A stretch of DNA of 64,000 bases from Dehalococcoidia bacterium (GCA_965219085.1 OZ244720.1:256001-320000); one strand, 5' to 3'; counted from the first letter of the stretch, positions 27,798-38,069 are shown. Notes: generated by a model not told the origin, from the letters alone. Made by a program: numbers and translations.

Positions 27798-28268
27798 ATG
27801 CAGATGGACAATGAATCAGGCGCCGCGGGCGATGGCTCGCTGTTTGGGAACTCCCTCCTCCCGTACGTCGAGGAGTTCTACCTCGGCTTCCGGCTGCTCT
27901 TCGCCTTCCTCGTGGGTCTGCACGGGGTCCAGAAGGCGTTCCTGTTGTGGGACTTCCCGGCGGATCACCCGCTGGGCTGGAAGGTCGACGTCGCCGGCTG
28001 GGTGGAGGTCATCGCCGCGATCCTGATCGCGAGCGGCGTGTTCACGCGCCTGGGCGCGGGCGCACTCACGGTGCAGATGGTGGTCGCGTACTTCGATGTG
28101 CACTACCCCAACGAGCTGTGGCCGCACATCTACCCGGCGACGGGCGGGTTCGGCGCCACTGGCGGCGAGGTGCCGATCCTCTACTTCGGCATCGCCGGCA
28201 TCATCGGCGTCCTGGGCAGCCGCAAGTACGGCATCGAGCGGCTGCTCTTCAAGCGGGAGCTGCTGTAG
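27798..28268 (+). CDS. DoxX family membrane protein
   Basis: HGVQK, E..A.LI..G..TR..A, VAYF..H, GGE...LY pattern; GAGGAGG RBS. Confidence 0.8.
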   Translation: MQMDNESGAAGDGSLFGNSLLPYVEEFYLGFRLLFAFLVGLHGVQKAFLLWDFPADHPLGWKVDVAGWVEVIAAILIASGVFTRLGAGALTVQMVVAYFDVHYPNELWPHIYPATGGFGATGGEVPILYFGIAGIIGVLGSRKYGIERLLFKRELL

Positions 28269-28719
28269 CCGCAGATCCCGGCCCGGGCGGGCAGGCGTCC
28301 TGATTCACTCCGGCGGGTGGACCCGAGGGACTCGATCCCCTCACCCCCGCCGGTATTGCGCAACGAGAGGACGCCGAGCCCTCGTCAGGGCCGCACAGGT
28401 CCGAGCATCGAGGCGCCCGAGAGCGCCCACGGGTTCGCACGAGCCGATGCTGTGGCAGGAGATCGGGTCCGCGAACGCCCGGGAGATCGACGCCTCGGAG
28501 GACGAGGCAGATTGCGAGCGACTCCACGGGCCTCGACCTGACCCCCCGAGCTCGCCCCTGCGGCTGTGCCGCACCACCCCTTCGGTAGGTGGAATTTAAG
28601 ATCCCCCCTGTCATGCGATGAGGTATCATTACTACAGGCGTAGACGCGCCGCTCACCCGACGCAGATGCGCTGATCCGACGCTCCCACCACGCAAAGTCG
28701 CGAGGACGGGAGTATCGGT

Positions 28720-30003
28720 ATGCACCACGCACGAACCCTCCTGACCGTGGCGATCGCGCTTGTCGCGTTCGTCGCCGCCATTGGACGAGCCGACGCCGCC
28801 AGGCTCGTCGGCAACACGGGCGAACGATGGTGCTTCATCGTCCCCGTCGGCGAGGCCGGCAAGGGCAACGACCACGGCGTCGCGCAGCGCTTCACCACCG
28901 GGCCGGCGGCGCGCACCCTCAAGTCCATCGAGATCGACGTCTGCTCCTTCGGCGCCACCCTGTTCGCCGGCGGCCCGCTCGCGGACAAGAGCGTCGACGT
29001 CGAGGTCTGGACGCATGACGGCGAGACCGGAGAGCCGGCCAGGCGCCTCTACGCGCTCTCTGGCGGCATCGACTCCACCGGGTATGTCGCGTTCCAGGCG
29101 CCTGCCGGCAGCGTGCTCGAGGCGAACACCTCTTACTGGGTCGTGCTCAACGCAGAGGACGGCCTCTTCCGCATCAAGGCCGCCACCACCGGCCGCGAGG
29201 ACGGCGACGGCGCCGCGGGCTGGCAGCTCCATAACGGGCGGCTGGACCGGTCTCACGACTCCGGACCGTGGGTCCGCAGCGGGCACCCGGTGCGGATTGC
29301 CATCCACGGCAGCGCCGACATGTCCGACGGCATTGACGTGCTCTCGGCGGAGGCGAAGACGCATCGGCGCGTCGTCATCACCGCGGCCGATCCGCTGCCG
29401 CCGAACGTCTGCACGGAGCCAGTGTTCAGCGGGCTCTTCCTCGTCACGAAGGACGACTTCGCCGTGGACCGCCAGCGCGAGATCCCGCTCACCGCGGCTC
29501 ACCGCACGTGCTCCGGGACCACGATCACCATCGACATCCCCGCGACCGGGGCGCACACGATCCGCAACGACGACCTGATCTCCGTAGACCTCGGAATGAC
29601 CGGCGTCGTGCGAGGCCCGGTCGGGCCGCGGCCCACCGGTGAGGACGTCGAGTCTCTCCAGGTCACGAACCGCCTGCCGCGCTTCACGATCTGCTACGAG
29701 GACGACTTCAGCGAGGTCGTCGCGGACGTCGTCGAGGGCGCCATGCTCGTGTCCGCACCGCCCGTGACCGCAGGCGGCCACGGACCGTTGACGTGGACGC
29801 TCGAGGGCGCGGACGCCGGCCACTTCACCATCGACGCGCAGACGAGTGTCTTCACCTTCACCGCACCGGACCACGAGCCGCCGGCGGACCTCGACGGCGA
29901 CAACGAGTACCGGGCAGTCGTCTTCGCGACCGACCCGCACGGCGACTCCGACTCGATCCGAATCCGGATCACGGTGAAGGACGGCCCCGATCTGCACGAG
30001 TAG
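28720..30003 (+). CDS. Secreted protein with choice-of-anchor-R-like N-terminal domain and C-terminal cadherin-like domain
   Basis: Signal peptide, LVGNTGE...AQRFTTG...LEANTSYWVV, C-terminal WTLEGADAGHFTID...PDHE.P.D.DGDNEY. Confidence 0.7.
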   Translation: MHHARTLLTVAIALVAFVAAIGRADAARLVGNTGERWCFIVPVGEAGKGNDHGVAQRFTTGPAARTLKSIEIDVCSFGATLFAGGPLADKSVDVEVWTHDGETGEPARRLYALSGGIDSTGYVAFQAPAGSVLEANTSYWVVLNAEDGLFRIKAATTGREDGDGAAGWQLHNGRLDRSHDSGPWVRSGHPVRIAIHGSADMSDGIDVLSAEAKTHRRVVITAADPLPPNVCTEPVFSGLFLVTKDDFAVDRQREIPLTAAHRTCSGTTITIDIPATGAHTIRNDDLISVDLGMTGVVRGPVGPRPTGEDVESLQVTNRLPRFTICYEDDFSEVVADVVEGAMLVSAPPVTAGGHGPLTWTLEGADAGHFTIDAQTSVFTFTAPDHEPPADLDGDNEYRAVVFATDPHGDSDSIRIRITVKDGPDLHE

Positions 30004-30012
30004 CAGTCTCGC

Positions 30013-30046
30013 CCTGTCCTGCGGTCCTCGTGGCCGCAGGACGGGG
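30013..30046. terminator. Hairpin between convergent genes
   Basis: cctgtcctgcggtc-ctcgt-ggccgcaggacggg inverted repeat just after the stop codon. Confidence 0.55.
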
Positions 30047-30161
30047 TGCGCGGTCGGGCCGGGATGACCGGTGCGGGGTCTCGTGGTACACGTGGAATTG
30101 ACCGGGCCAGCCCTGATCGGGGATGGCTTGCAAAGACGCCGTGGTGCCTGGAGTTGGTGTC

Positions 30162-30758
30162 TCAGCGCGTAGACACGAGGAGCCCAATGGCGGCAGCCAT
30201 GCAACCGAAACCAGCACCCGTGGCGATGGCTGCGGCTCGAGCATTGGCGTTTCGAGAGAGTTCCGCTACAGCCAGCAGCCAGAGTAGGAGAGCGGGAAGA
30301 AGCGCGGCGCCGACCGAGTAGATCACTGCTACGGCGGGGACGAACGTCAGGCCCGCTCCGGCGGAGGCAGCGACTAGCCGCAGCGTCGGATCGCGCAGCC
30401 TGATCGCGAGTACCGCTGCCCCCGCGCTGGCGACCACGAAGTAGGTAGCGAGGGCTATCGCGGAGCCGGAACCAGAGCCCGAACCGATGGCTATCGCGTA
30501 GCCGGCACCGGGGCCGGAGAGGGCTATCGCGGAGCCGCCACCGGGGCCGCTGTCGACGGCCGCCAGGACGATGATCACCGCTAGCCAGGCAACCACCGCG
30601 CCGGAAACCTCGATCGCGACCCGTGAAGGCATCAATCGCGCTAGTGCCTGCATGCATGGCCCCGGCAACGAGTGTATCCCTCGGATATCCCGCTGCGACC
30701 ATCTGGCCTTCCCACGGCCCTGGCGCGCGCGTTCGAGCTCGCAAGGATGTCGTGTCAA
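30162..30758 (-). CDS. Hypothetical membrane protein (start uncertain; may be degenerate)
   Basis: Several hydrophobic segments; internal short repeats GSAIAL/GYAIAI; atypical codon usage. Confidence 0.4.
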   Translation of the reverse strand: MTRHPCELERARQGRGKARWSQRDIRGIHSLPGPCMQALARLMPSRVAIEVSGAVVAWLAVIIVLAAVDSGPGGGSAIALSGPGAGYAIAIGSGSGSGSAIALATYFVVASAGAAVLAIRLRDPTLRLVAASAGAGLTFVPAVAVIYSVGAALLPALLLWLLAVAELSRNANARAAAIATGAGFGCMAAAIGLLVSTR

Positions 30759-30842
30759 CAGCGGTCGGATTGTGATCCAGGTCAGTGTCGACGTTCAGCG
30801 CCGCATGTCCGCAGCACGCTGTGCTATACAGCCCCGACGCAG

Positions 30843-30871
30843 AACGCCCCGGCGGACGGCCCCGGGGCGTT
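30843..30871. terminator. Hairpin downstream of tRNA-Glu
   Basis: aacgccccgg-cggacggcc-ccggggcgtt 10-bp stem. Confidence 0.6.
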
Positions 30872-30991
30872 TCAACATTGGCTGTGCATTGTCAGGATAA
30901 CCGCCGCTGGCAGAGACGAACCTGGCGGGCCCCGCTGGCGGGACGCCTACAGAGGGGCGGTGTGCTCGAAGGTTCTACGTACAGTCCATGT

Positions 30992-31068
30992 TGGTGGCGC
31001 ATGCGGGATTCGAACCCGCGATCTTCGCCTTGAGAGGGCGATGTCCTGGGCCACTAGACGAATGCGCC
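30992..31068 (-). tRNA. tRNA-Glu (CTC)
   Basis: GGCGCATTCGTCTAGTGGCCCAGGACATCGCCCTCTCAAGGCGA...ATGCGCCACCA. Confidence 0.96.
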
Positions 31069-31108
31069 GCCGCAGGGCACTCACCGTATCAGAGCACCGC
31101 GCGCACGC

Positions 31109-31945
31109 TCAAGATCCACCCCCGGCGCCCTCGGGCGCCTCGTCCGGGTAGCGCAGCTCGACGCGTGAGCCCCGCCCGAACGGCGAGGGGAACGCGAGGC
31201 CCGCGCGCGCGTACACGCCCGGCGGGATGCCGAGGTCCGCGAGCCACAGCTCGCCCGCGTTGCCACGCCTGAGCCCGCGCTTCGGCAGCGCGAGCGTCAG
31301 CGTGCGATCCGGATGCACCGCCACCCCCGGCGCGGCGCCGCTGTCTGCGTCGACACCCGAAGGCACATCGAGCGAGAGCGTGGGGGCGAGTGAGGCCTGG
31401 GCGGCTCGGATCAGCGCCATCTCCGCGCCCCTCGGCGCCTCGCGCAGGCCGTAACCGATCACGGCGTCGATCACGAGGTCCGCCTCGCTGACGTCGAAGG
31501 CGTCCGACCAGTGGATCACGCGCGCCGGCGCCTCCTGCAGCGTGCGCAGTTGCGCGGCCACGGCGCCCTCGACACCCGTGGTGGGGCGCGTGAGCACGGC
31601 CAGCACGGTCACGCCACGCGTGGCGAGGTGGCGGGCGGCGCAAAGCCCGCCGCCGCCGTTGCCGGCGCTGCCGGCGAGCACGATGACCCGGCGCTCCGCC
31701 CAGCGCTTCCCGAGCATATCGAGCGCGGTCTGGGCGGTCTCGCGGCCCGCGTGCTCCATCATCTGCAGCAGCGACGGCCCCGTCTCGTCGACGGCGACGC
31801 GGTCGATCTCGCGCATCTCGGCGGCGTCGACCGCCGGCACGGGGCGGCCGGCGGCGGTCCAGAAGCGGGGGCGGGTGGGCGACGTCAGCGTATTCCCCGA
31901 TCGCCGGGTGCGAGGTCTGCGCACGCTAGCACCGGTCGCGCGCAC
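31109..31945 (-). CDS. nnrE: NAD(P)H-hydrate epimerase (stand-alone YjeF-N); true start probably 60-130 nt downstream
   Basis: MREIDR...QMMEHAG, GNGGGG...ARHL, IDAVIGYG, SLDVPSG, TLALPK, ADLGIP. Confidence 0.88.
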   Translation of the reverse strand: MRATGASVRRPRTRRSGNTLTSPTRPRFWTAAGRPVPAVDAAEMREIDRVAVDETGPSLLQMMEHAGRETAQTALDMLGKRWAERRVIVLAGSAGNGGGGLCAARHLATRGVTVLAVLTRPTTGVEGAVAAQLRTLQEAPARVIHWSDAFDVSEADLVIDAVIGYGLREAPRGAEMALIRAAQASLAPTLSLDVPSGVDADSGAAPGVAVHPDRTLTLALPKRGLRRGNAGELWLADLGIPPGVYARAGLAFPSPFGRGSRVELRYPDEAPEGAGGGS

Positions 31946-32123
31946 TGTCAGCGCTGCCTCTCATCACGTATGAGCGTAGGCGGTCCCCGTTCGGCCGCCG
32001 GACTCGCGCGGACGGCCGTGCTGCCGCACGATGCAGGCGGGGCGGGGACATGGCAGACGGCAGGCAAGCCCACCAGCGGCGATCGGTTCGCTGCCCCCGG
32101 AGACGAGCCGGGCGGGGCCGACG

Positions 32124-33161
32124 ATGCTGAGCTTCCTGCGCCGCAACCCCCGCCTGCTGGCCATCCAGGCCGTCGTCGTCGCGATCTCACTGGCCGTGCT
32201 GCTCTGGCGCGTCGATGTGGTCGAGGCGCTGCGCAGGCTCGACAACGTCGAGCCAGGCTGGGCGCTGGCCGGGATGGCGATGTTCACGATCTCCAAGGGC
32301 ATCCACGCCTACCGCTGGCGCGTGCTCCTGGGCCGATCCGACGTGCCGCTGGGCCCGCTGGTCAGCATCTTCATGGTCTCGAACCTCGTGAACGCGCTCG
32401 TGCCGCTGCGTGCCGGCGACCTGGTCCGCATCGAGTTGCCCAGCCGGCTGCTGAAGCTGCCGCGCGCGGCGCTGGCCAGCAACGTGCTGTTCGTCGAGTC
32501 GCTGTTCGACGGGCTGGCGTTCCTGGTGCTGGTAGCGGTCGCCGGGTTCGTGCTCGACGAGGGTGTCCGGGAGCTGCCCGGCCTCACCATCTTCGTCACC
32601 TTTGTCGCGCTCGCGTCCGTCGTGCTGGTGCTGCTCGCGCGCTGGGAGCTTCCCGCGGATCCGTCACGCTCGAGGCTGCTGTTCGTGGTACCCGACGCGG
32701 GACGCGAGCGCGCCGCGATACTCCTGGAGCAACTGCAGGAGGGCATGGCCTCGCTGCGGGAGATCCGCTACACCATCGTCGCGCTCCTCATCTCCGTCGC
32801 CGCCTGGGTGGCGGAGGTCGGCGTCTACTGGATGATGGGCAAAGCGCTTGGCATCGACCTCGGTCTCGGCGAGGCGATCGTGCTCATGATCGCTGCGAAC
32901 ATCGTCGTCTCGTTGCCCATCACGCCGTGGGACATCGGACCGTTCGAGGTTGCGGTGACCGAGGCGTTCGTGCTGCTGGGCGGGGCGCGTGTGGACGGCA
33001 GCAGCTTCGCGGTCGCGGTCCACCTGCTGCTGCTGGCGTGGATCACCGTCACCGGCGTGATCGCGATGTTCACGCTCAACCTGCGCCCGCGCGAGGTGCT
33101 GGACCCGCGCCTGCGTCAGCGCGATCAGTCCGACGGACCCGACGAGGCGCCGGGGGGGTAG
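32124..33161 (+). CDS. Lysylphosphatidylglycerol synthase TM / flippase-like membrane protein
   Basis: RWRVLL, N.L.P.RAGD..R, E..FD, PITPWDIGPFE; multiple TMs. Confidence 0.8.
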   Translation: MLSFLRRNPRLLAIQAVVVAISLAVLLWRVDVVEALRRLDNVEPGWALAGMAMFTISKGIHAYRWRVLLGRSDVPLGPLVSIFMVSNLVNALVPLRAGDLVRIELPSRLLKLPRAALASNVLFVESLFDGLAFLVLVAVAGFVLDEGVRELPGLTIFVTFVALASVVLVLLARWELPADPSRSRLLFVVPDAGRERAAILLEQLQEGMASLREIRYTIVALLISVAAWVAEVGVYWMMGKALGIDLGLGEAIVLMIAANIVVSLPITPWDIGPFEVAVTEAFVLLGGARVDGSSFAVAVHLLLLAWITVTGVIAMFTLNLRPREVLDPRLRQRDQSDGPDEAPGG

Positions 33162-33183
33162 CGCACGCCGGGTGAGCTCGCGT

Positions 33184-33972
33184 CTAGAGAATCTGGCTGA
33201 GGAACAGCTTCGTGCGGTCCTCGGTCGGGTTCTCGAAGAAGTGCTGTGGCGTGCCCTGCTCGACCAGCGCGCCCTCGTCGAAGAAGACCAGGCGGTCGGC
33301 CACCTCGCGTGCGAAGCCCATCTCGTGCGTGACGACGATCATCGTCATGCCGGACTCCGCGAGCTCGCGCATCACGTCGAGGACTTCCTTGATCATCTCC
33401 GGGTCGAGCGCCGAGGTGGGCTCGTCGAAGAGCATGATCTTCGGCTGCATCGCGAGCGCACGCGCGATGGCGACGCGCTGCTGCTGGCCACCGGAGAGCT
33501 GGGCCGGGTACTTGTCGGCCTGCTCCGGGATGCCGACGCGGTCGAGCAGCTGCATGGCGAAGTCCTGCGCCTCGGCCTTCGGCATGTGGCGCACCTTCTG
33601 CGGCCCGAGGGTGATGTTGCTCATCACCGAGAGGTGCGGGAACAGGTTGAACTGCTGGAACACCATTCCCACCTCGGAGCGGATCGCGTTGAGGTTCCGG
33701 ACGTCATCGTTCATCTCGATATTGTCGATAATGATGCGCCCCGCGTCGTGCTCCTCGAGGCGGTTCAGGCAGCGGATGAACGTCGACTTGCCCGAGCCCG
33801 ACGGGCCGAGGACGACGACGATCTCGTGCTCCTTGACGGTCATGCTGATGTTGTCGAGTGCCTGGAAGTCGCCGAACCACTTATCGACGCCCTCGGTGAT
33901 GATGATGTCTGACGAGTCGGCCAGGCGGTCCCCGTCGGCTGAGGCTTCGTTGACTCCTGCGTGGGTGGTCAT
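33184..33972 (-). CDS. Amino acid ABC transporter ATP-binding protein (AapP/BztD-like)
   Basis: [31 protein letters not shown]. Confidence 0.95.
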   Translation of the reverse strand: MTTHAGVNEASADGDRLADSSDIIITEGVDKWFGDFQALDNISMTVKEHEIVVVLGPSGSGKSTFIRCLNRLEEHDAGRIIIDNIEMNDDVRNLNAIRSEVGMVFQQFNLFPHLSVMSNITLGPQKVRHMPKAEAQDFAMQLLDRVGIPEQADKYPAQLSGGQQQRVAIARALAMQPKIMLFDEPTSALDPEMIKEVLDVMRELAESGMTMIVVTHEMGFAREVADRLVFFDEGALVEQGTPQHFFENPTEDRTKLFLSQIL

Positions 33973-34008
33973 CGTGGGGTTCCTCTCCTCGTTCCCGGCG
34001 TAGTCATC

Positions 34009-35247
34009 CTAGCGCTCGCCGACGCCCAGCGTACGTTCGATGCGCTGCGAGATGCGCGACATCATGAACGCCACCACCCAGAAGACGACGGCGACGAATA
34101 CGTACGCCTCGATACGGTCCGGTGTGAACCCAAACTGGGCGATGGCGGAATCGGCGTTCCCCTTGAGCTCGCGCAGAGGAAGGATCACGGTCACCAGTGT
34201 GGTGTCCTTCCAGATGGCGATGGCCTGGCCGACGATGGGCGGGATCGAGATCCGCAGCGCCTGCGGCATGACGATCAGCCGCAGCGCCTGCAGCCGGGAC
34301 AGGCCGACGGCGTGCGCCGCCTCGTACTGCCCGCCGGGCAGCGCCTGCAGCGCGCCCCGGATCGACTCGGCCATGTAGGCAGCCGTGAACACCGCCATGA
34401 CGACCATCGCGCGGACGATGAGGCTACCCCCGATGACGTCGTCGAGGATGAACAGCGCGACGAACAGCCAGCCGAGCAGCGGCGCCCCTCGCACGACCTC
34501 GATGTAGGCCGTGCAGGTCCACGAGATGGTCTTCATACTCGACGCGCGCCCGATGGCGAGCGGGATCGCGATGACGAGCCCGCCGACGATCCCGACGGGC
34601 GCCAGCACCAGGTTGAGCACGAAGCCATCGAGCTGGCGCGCGCTGGCGCCGCCTGCGAAGAGCAGGATCATCAGGGCGATCGGCAGCGAGAGCAGGACCA
34701 GCCCGCCCACGACGCGCTGCTGCAGCGCTCGGCTCGCGCTCGGCTCGCGCGGCATCCGCACGGTCGCGCCGTAGGAGAGGTACATCACGCCGACGGCGAG
34801 CAGGAACCACAGCGACGACCAGATGGCCGCGCCACCGTGCGCCATGAGGAAGACCACGGCGGCGCTGATGATCCCGACGAAGAGGTGATCGCGCTGGCCG
34901 AAGCTCGACCAGGTCCCGTAGGTGAGACCGATGAGGGCGAACACGAAGCCCATGCCCACCCACAGCCGCCAGGCCGCCTCGCGCGGGTAGCCCCCGGCGA
35001 ACAGCAACCAACGGTTCTCCGTGATCACGAGCCAGTTGGCGTCGATGAACACGAACCAGATCACGCCCGCCAGGAGCGCGCCGAGGAGGGCGGTCGCCAC
35101 GAGCGTGAGGAGCGTGCCCCTGGGCGACGGGAAGAGGTTGCGGCGTATCCACTCGCGCGCGCGCACCGAGAACGGCCGGCTCGCGCGCTGGCGGTACGGC
35201 GGCAGGACGATGCGCCCCGGGGGCTGCTGCATGGGCATATCAGCCAT
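34009..35247 (-). CDS. Amino acid ABC transporter permease (AapM/BztC-like)
   Basis: YIEVVRGAP, AYMAESIRG...GQYEAA, KDTTLV. Confidence 0.92.
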   Translation of the reverse strand: MADMPMQQPPGRIVLPPYRQRASRPFSVRAREWIRRNLFPSPRGTLLTLVATALLGALLAGVIWFVFIDANWLVITENRWLLFAGGYPREAAWRLWVGMGFVFALIGLTYGTWSSFGQRDHLFVGIISAAVVFLMAHGGAAIWSSLWFLLAVGVMYLSYGATVRMPREPSASRALQQRVVGGLVLLSLPIALMILLFAGGASARQLDGFVLNLVLAPVGIVGGLVIAIPLAIGRASSMKTISWTCTAYIEVVRGAPLLGWLFVALFILDDVIGGSLIVRAMVVMAVFTAAYMAESIRGALQALPGGQYEAAHAVGLSRLQALRLIVMPQALRISIPPIVGQAIAIWKDTTLVTVILPLRELKGNADSAIAQFGFTPDRIEAYVFVAVVFWVVAFMMSRISQRIERTLGVGER

Positions 35248-35257
35248 CGCCGCCCCC

Positions 35258-36451
35258 CTAGACCTCGTGCACCGTGACGCGGGCGTTGAAGAAGTTCATG
35301 ATCGCAGAAATGATGAAGGAGATAAGCATATAGGTCACGATGATGAGGAAGAAGATCTCGAGCGCGTGCCCCGCCTTGTTCGTGACGATCCCGGCCACGC
35401 GGAAGAGGTCGTCATAGAGGACGGCGTAGGCCAGCGAGGAGTTCTTGTTGACGTTGAGGTACTGGTTCGTGACGGACGGAATGATCTGGCGGAGGGCCTG
35501 CGGCAGGATGACCAGCGTGAGCCGCTGGTAGTTCGTCAGCCCAACGGCGTTCGCCGCCTCCGACTGGCCGGTCGGCAGCGCCTGGATCCCAGCCCGCACG
35601 ACCTCGGCGATGAACGCGCCCGTATAGAGGGTCAGGCCCATCACGAGCGCTGCGAACTCGGGGTTGACGGTTATTCCCTCGGCGTAGTGCGTGCCCGTGA
35701 CGATCGGCAGGTCGATCACCACCGGTCCGCCGAGCACGAGGTAGGAGACGACCGCAGCGATCGCGAACACGACGAGCGCGCGGCGGTTTGGGTTCATCGG
35801 GGTGCCGGTCTCGCGCTCGTGCTCCTGCCGGCGCGCCCGCACCCGCATCGCCACGAAGGCGGACACCGCCAGGATGAGCACCCAGACGCCGGCGAACCAG
35901 TGCGGGAGGCCCCACAGCCCGCCACTCGGCACCGGCCACGGCATTGCGACGCCGCGATTCGAGATGAAGACGATGTCGCCGATGCTGATCACGTTCTGGA
36001 TGAGCGGCATGCCGACCAGGAACACCGAGTAGACCAGCACCACCTGCACCAGCAGCGGCGTGTTCCGGAACGTCTCGACGAACAGCATCGCCATGCGCGA
36101 TACGAGCCAGTTCGAGGACAGCCGGGAGACGCCGACTACCACGCCCACGATGGTGGACAGAGCGATCGCCACGACCACCGCCCGGATGGATGCCCACACC
36201 CCGACCATGTACATCGTGATGCGGGTGTTGGTGACGCCGTCGACGTCGATGAGCCACTGGTTGCCGACCTTGAAGGCGGCGGGGTCGTTGAGGAAACTGA
36301 ACCCGAAGTCACGGAGGTTGAGCGAGTAGTAGACATACAGGAATGCGACGGCCGTAATCGCGACGTACACACTCTGAGTCGCGAAATTGCGGAAGCTCCG
36401 CCTGTGGATCAGCGGGACCGGGGCGGACTCAGGCGGCGCGCCGGCAGACAT
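35258..36451 (-). CDS. Amino acid ABC transporter permease (AapQ/BztB-like)
   Basis: SRLSSNWL, VETFRNTPLLVQ, AFIAEVVRAG...GQSEAA, KNSSLA. Confidence 0.92.
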   Translation of the reverse strand: MSAGAPPESAPVPLIHRRSFRNFATQSVYVAITAVAFLYVYYSLNLRDFGFSFLNDPAAFKVGNQWLIDVDGVTNTRITMYMVGVWASIRAVVVAIALSTIVGVVVGVSRLSSNWLVSRMAMLFVETFRNTPLLVQVVLVYSVFLVGMPLIQNVISIGDIVFISNRGVAMPWPVPSGGLWGLPHWFAGVWVLILAVSAFVAMRVRARRQEHERETGTPMNPNRRALVVFAIAAVVSYLVLGGPVVIDLPIVTGTHYAEGITVNPEFAALVMGLTLYTGAFIAEVVRAGIQALPTGQSEAANAVGLTNYQRLTLVILPQALRQIIPSVTNQYLNVNKNSSLAYAVLYDDLFRVAGIVTNKAGHALEIFFLIIVTYMLISFIISAIMNFFNARVTVHEV

Positions 36452-36510
36452 GCCCGCATCTTAGCGGGTGTCCGGTCCCCGCGCTCGTTGACAACGGACC
36501 CGCGAAACGA

Positions 36511-36547
36511 CGGAGGGGCTGCCCCATTTCTGGAGCAACCCCTCCGG
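36511..36547. terminator. Hairpin between binding-protein and permease genes
   Basis: cggaggggctgccc...ggagcaacccctccg inverted repeat. Confidence 0.5.
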
Positions 36548-36572
36548 CACTATGCTCGCTTGCCTTGACGGC

Positions 36573-37673
36573 TTAGCGGTACGGCAGCGCGTACATGATC
36601 CCGCCCTCGCCCGCCGGACACTGGACCGACTTGTCGGTTGCCAGCGCGTTCAGCGTGCAGTCGCGCGGGATGTTGTCGCCGATGGTGCGCTCGTAGATCT
36701 CGCCGTAGTTACCAACGGCCGCGATCGCCCGCTGGATGAACTGGGCGTCCACCCGGCCGAAACCGAGATCGGACACCTCGCCGCCCTCATAGGGGACGCC
36801 GAGCAGGCGTGCGATCGTGGTGTTCGGCGGGTCCGCCGCCATCGAGCCGACGTTCGCCTGCGTGATGCCGAGCTCCTCGGCGCCAATCAGCCCGTGCACG
36901 ACCCAGTTGACGACGTCCTTCCACTCGCTGTCGTAGTCGCGGACGCCAGCCGCCAGCGGCTCCTTCGAGATGATCTGCGGAAGGATCTTGTAGTCGGCCG
37001 AGTCCTCACGCACCGCGATCCGCGAGGCGAGGTCCGAAGCGTCCGCCGTCAGTACGTCGCAACGTCCTGAGAAGAACGCCTCCGCGACGTCCTGGCTCAG
37101 ACCGCCAAGCGGCGTGTACGTGAGCCCGATGTCGGTGAAGTGGTCCGCGACATTCTGCTCGGTCGTCGTGCCGCTCTGGACACAGATCGCAGCTTCCGCC
37201 ATGTCGGACGTCGTGTCGTAACCCGCGTCCTTGCGAACGGCGAAGCCCTGACCGGTGTAGAACGTGGTCTGCGCGAAGTCGACCCCGAGGTCGCGGTCAC
37301 GCGAGGCGGTGATCGTGGTGGTGCGGATCAACACGTCGATCTCGCCGTCGTTCAGCAGCTCGAACCGCGTCGAGGCGTCCGAGGCGTCGATGAACTCGAC
37401 CTTGGTCGAGTCGCCGAGCACTGCGGCGGCGAGCGCCTTGCAGAACTCGATGTCGAAGCCCGTGACGGAGCCGTCGGCCTCCTTGAAGCCGAAGAGCGGC
37501 TGTGTCTGCTTGACGCCGCACTTCAGCTCGCCGCGGTCATTGACGATCGAGATCGTGTCCCCACGACCCTCGCCGCCGCCGTCGTCGTCATCGCCGTTGG
37601 GGCAAGCCACTGCGAGGACGCCCAGCAGTACGACCGCGACAAGCCCAATCCTCATCGTCCATCGCCTGAACAT
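36573..37673 (-). CDS. Amino acid ABC transporter substrate-binding lipoprotein (AapJ/BztA-like)
   Basis: Lipobox LAVAC, RGELKCGV, GFDIEFCKALAAAV, ISKEPL, VGNYGEIYER. Confidence 0.93.
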   Translation of the reverse strand: MFRRWTMRIGLVAVVLLGVLAVACPNGDDDDGGGEGRGDTISIVNDRGELKCGVKQTQPLFGFKEADGSVTGFDIEFCKALAAAVLGDSTKVEFIDASDASTRFELLNDGEIDVLIRTTTITASRDRDLGVDFAQTTFYTGQGFAVRKDAGYDTTSDMAEAAICVQSGTTTEQNVADHFTDIGLTYTPLGGLSQDVAEAFFSGRCDVLTADASDLASRIAVREDSADYKILPQIISKEPLAAGVRDYDSEWKDVVNWVVHGLIGAEELGITQANVGSMAADPPNTTIARLLGVPYEGGEVSDLGFGRVDAQFIQRAIAAVGNYGEIYERTIGDNIPRDCTLNALATDKSVQCPAGEGGIMYALPYR

Positions 37674-37839
37674 AAGCACCCCCTTCACCTAACGGGTTTC
37701 CAATCGGGGGCCGCCGGTACGGCCCCGCATTCGCATGCACGATAGCCGCGATCGTCGTTGCGCGCACCTGTCGAGCATCCCGGAATATCACCTATAAGGT
37801 TGCCCGGCCACGATTTCACGGCGCGCCCCGCGGCGCCGG

Positions 37840-37888
37840 TGGTACCCCCAAGCGGATTCGAACCGCTGTTTCCACGTTGAAAGGGTGG
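37840..37888 (-). mobile_element. 3' fragment of tRNA-Glu(TTC): probable att site bounding a genomic island
   Basis: Minus strand CCACCCTTTCAACGTGGAAACAGCGGTTCGAATCCGCTTGGGGGTACCA = anticodon arm, T-arm and CCA; no 5' acceptor/D-arm half; core genes stop here. Confidence 0.8.
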
Positions 37889-38069
37889 ATTACCCCACCG
37901 GATGGGCGGAGACTGTGTCCCACTTGGTACCACCCAGTACCAGAATGTCCGCATCCGCAAAGCGATCCGAGTTCGGCCCGCACACGTCGTACCACGCCGT
38001 CACACGCAGTACCACCGAGATTGGCCCCAACTTGGCCTCAGTTGCCCCTGCCATCGCAGGGCGTCGAGC

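Noticed and set aside
37840-37913. Intact tRNA-Glu(TTC)
   Set aside because: No 5' acceptor strand or D-arm and a mismatch in the anticodon stem; treated as an att fragment
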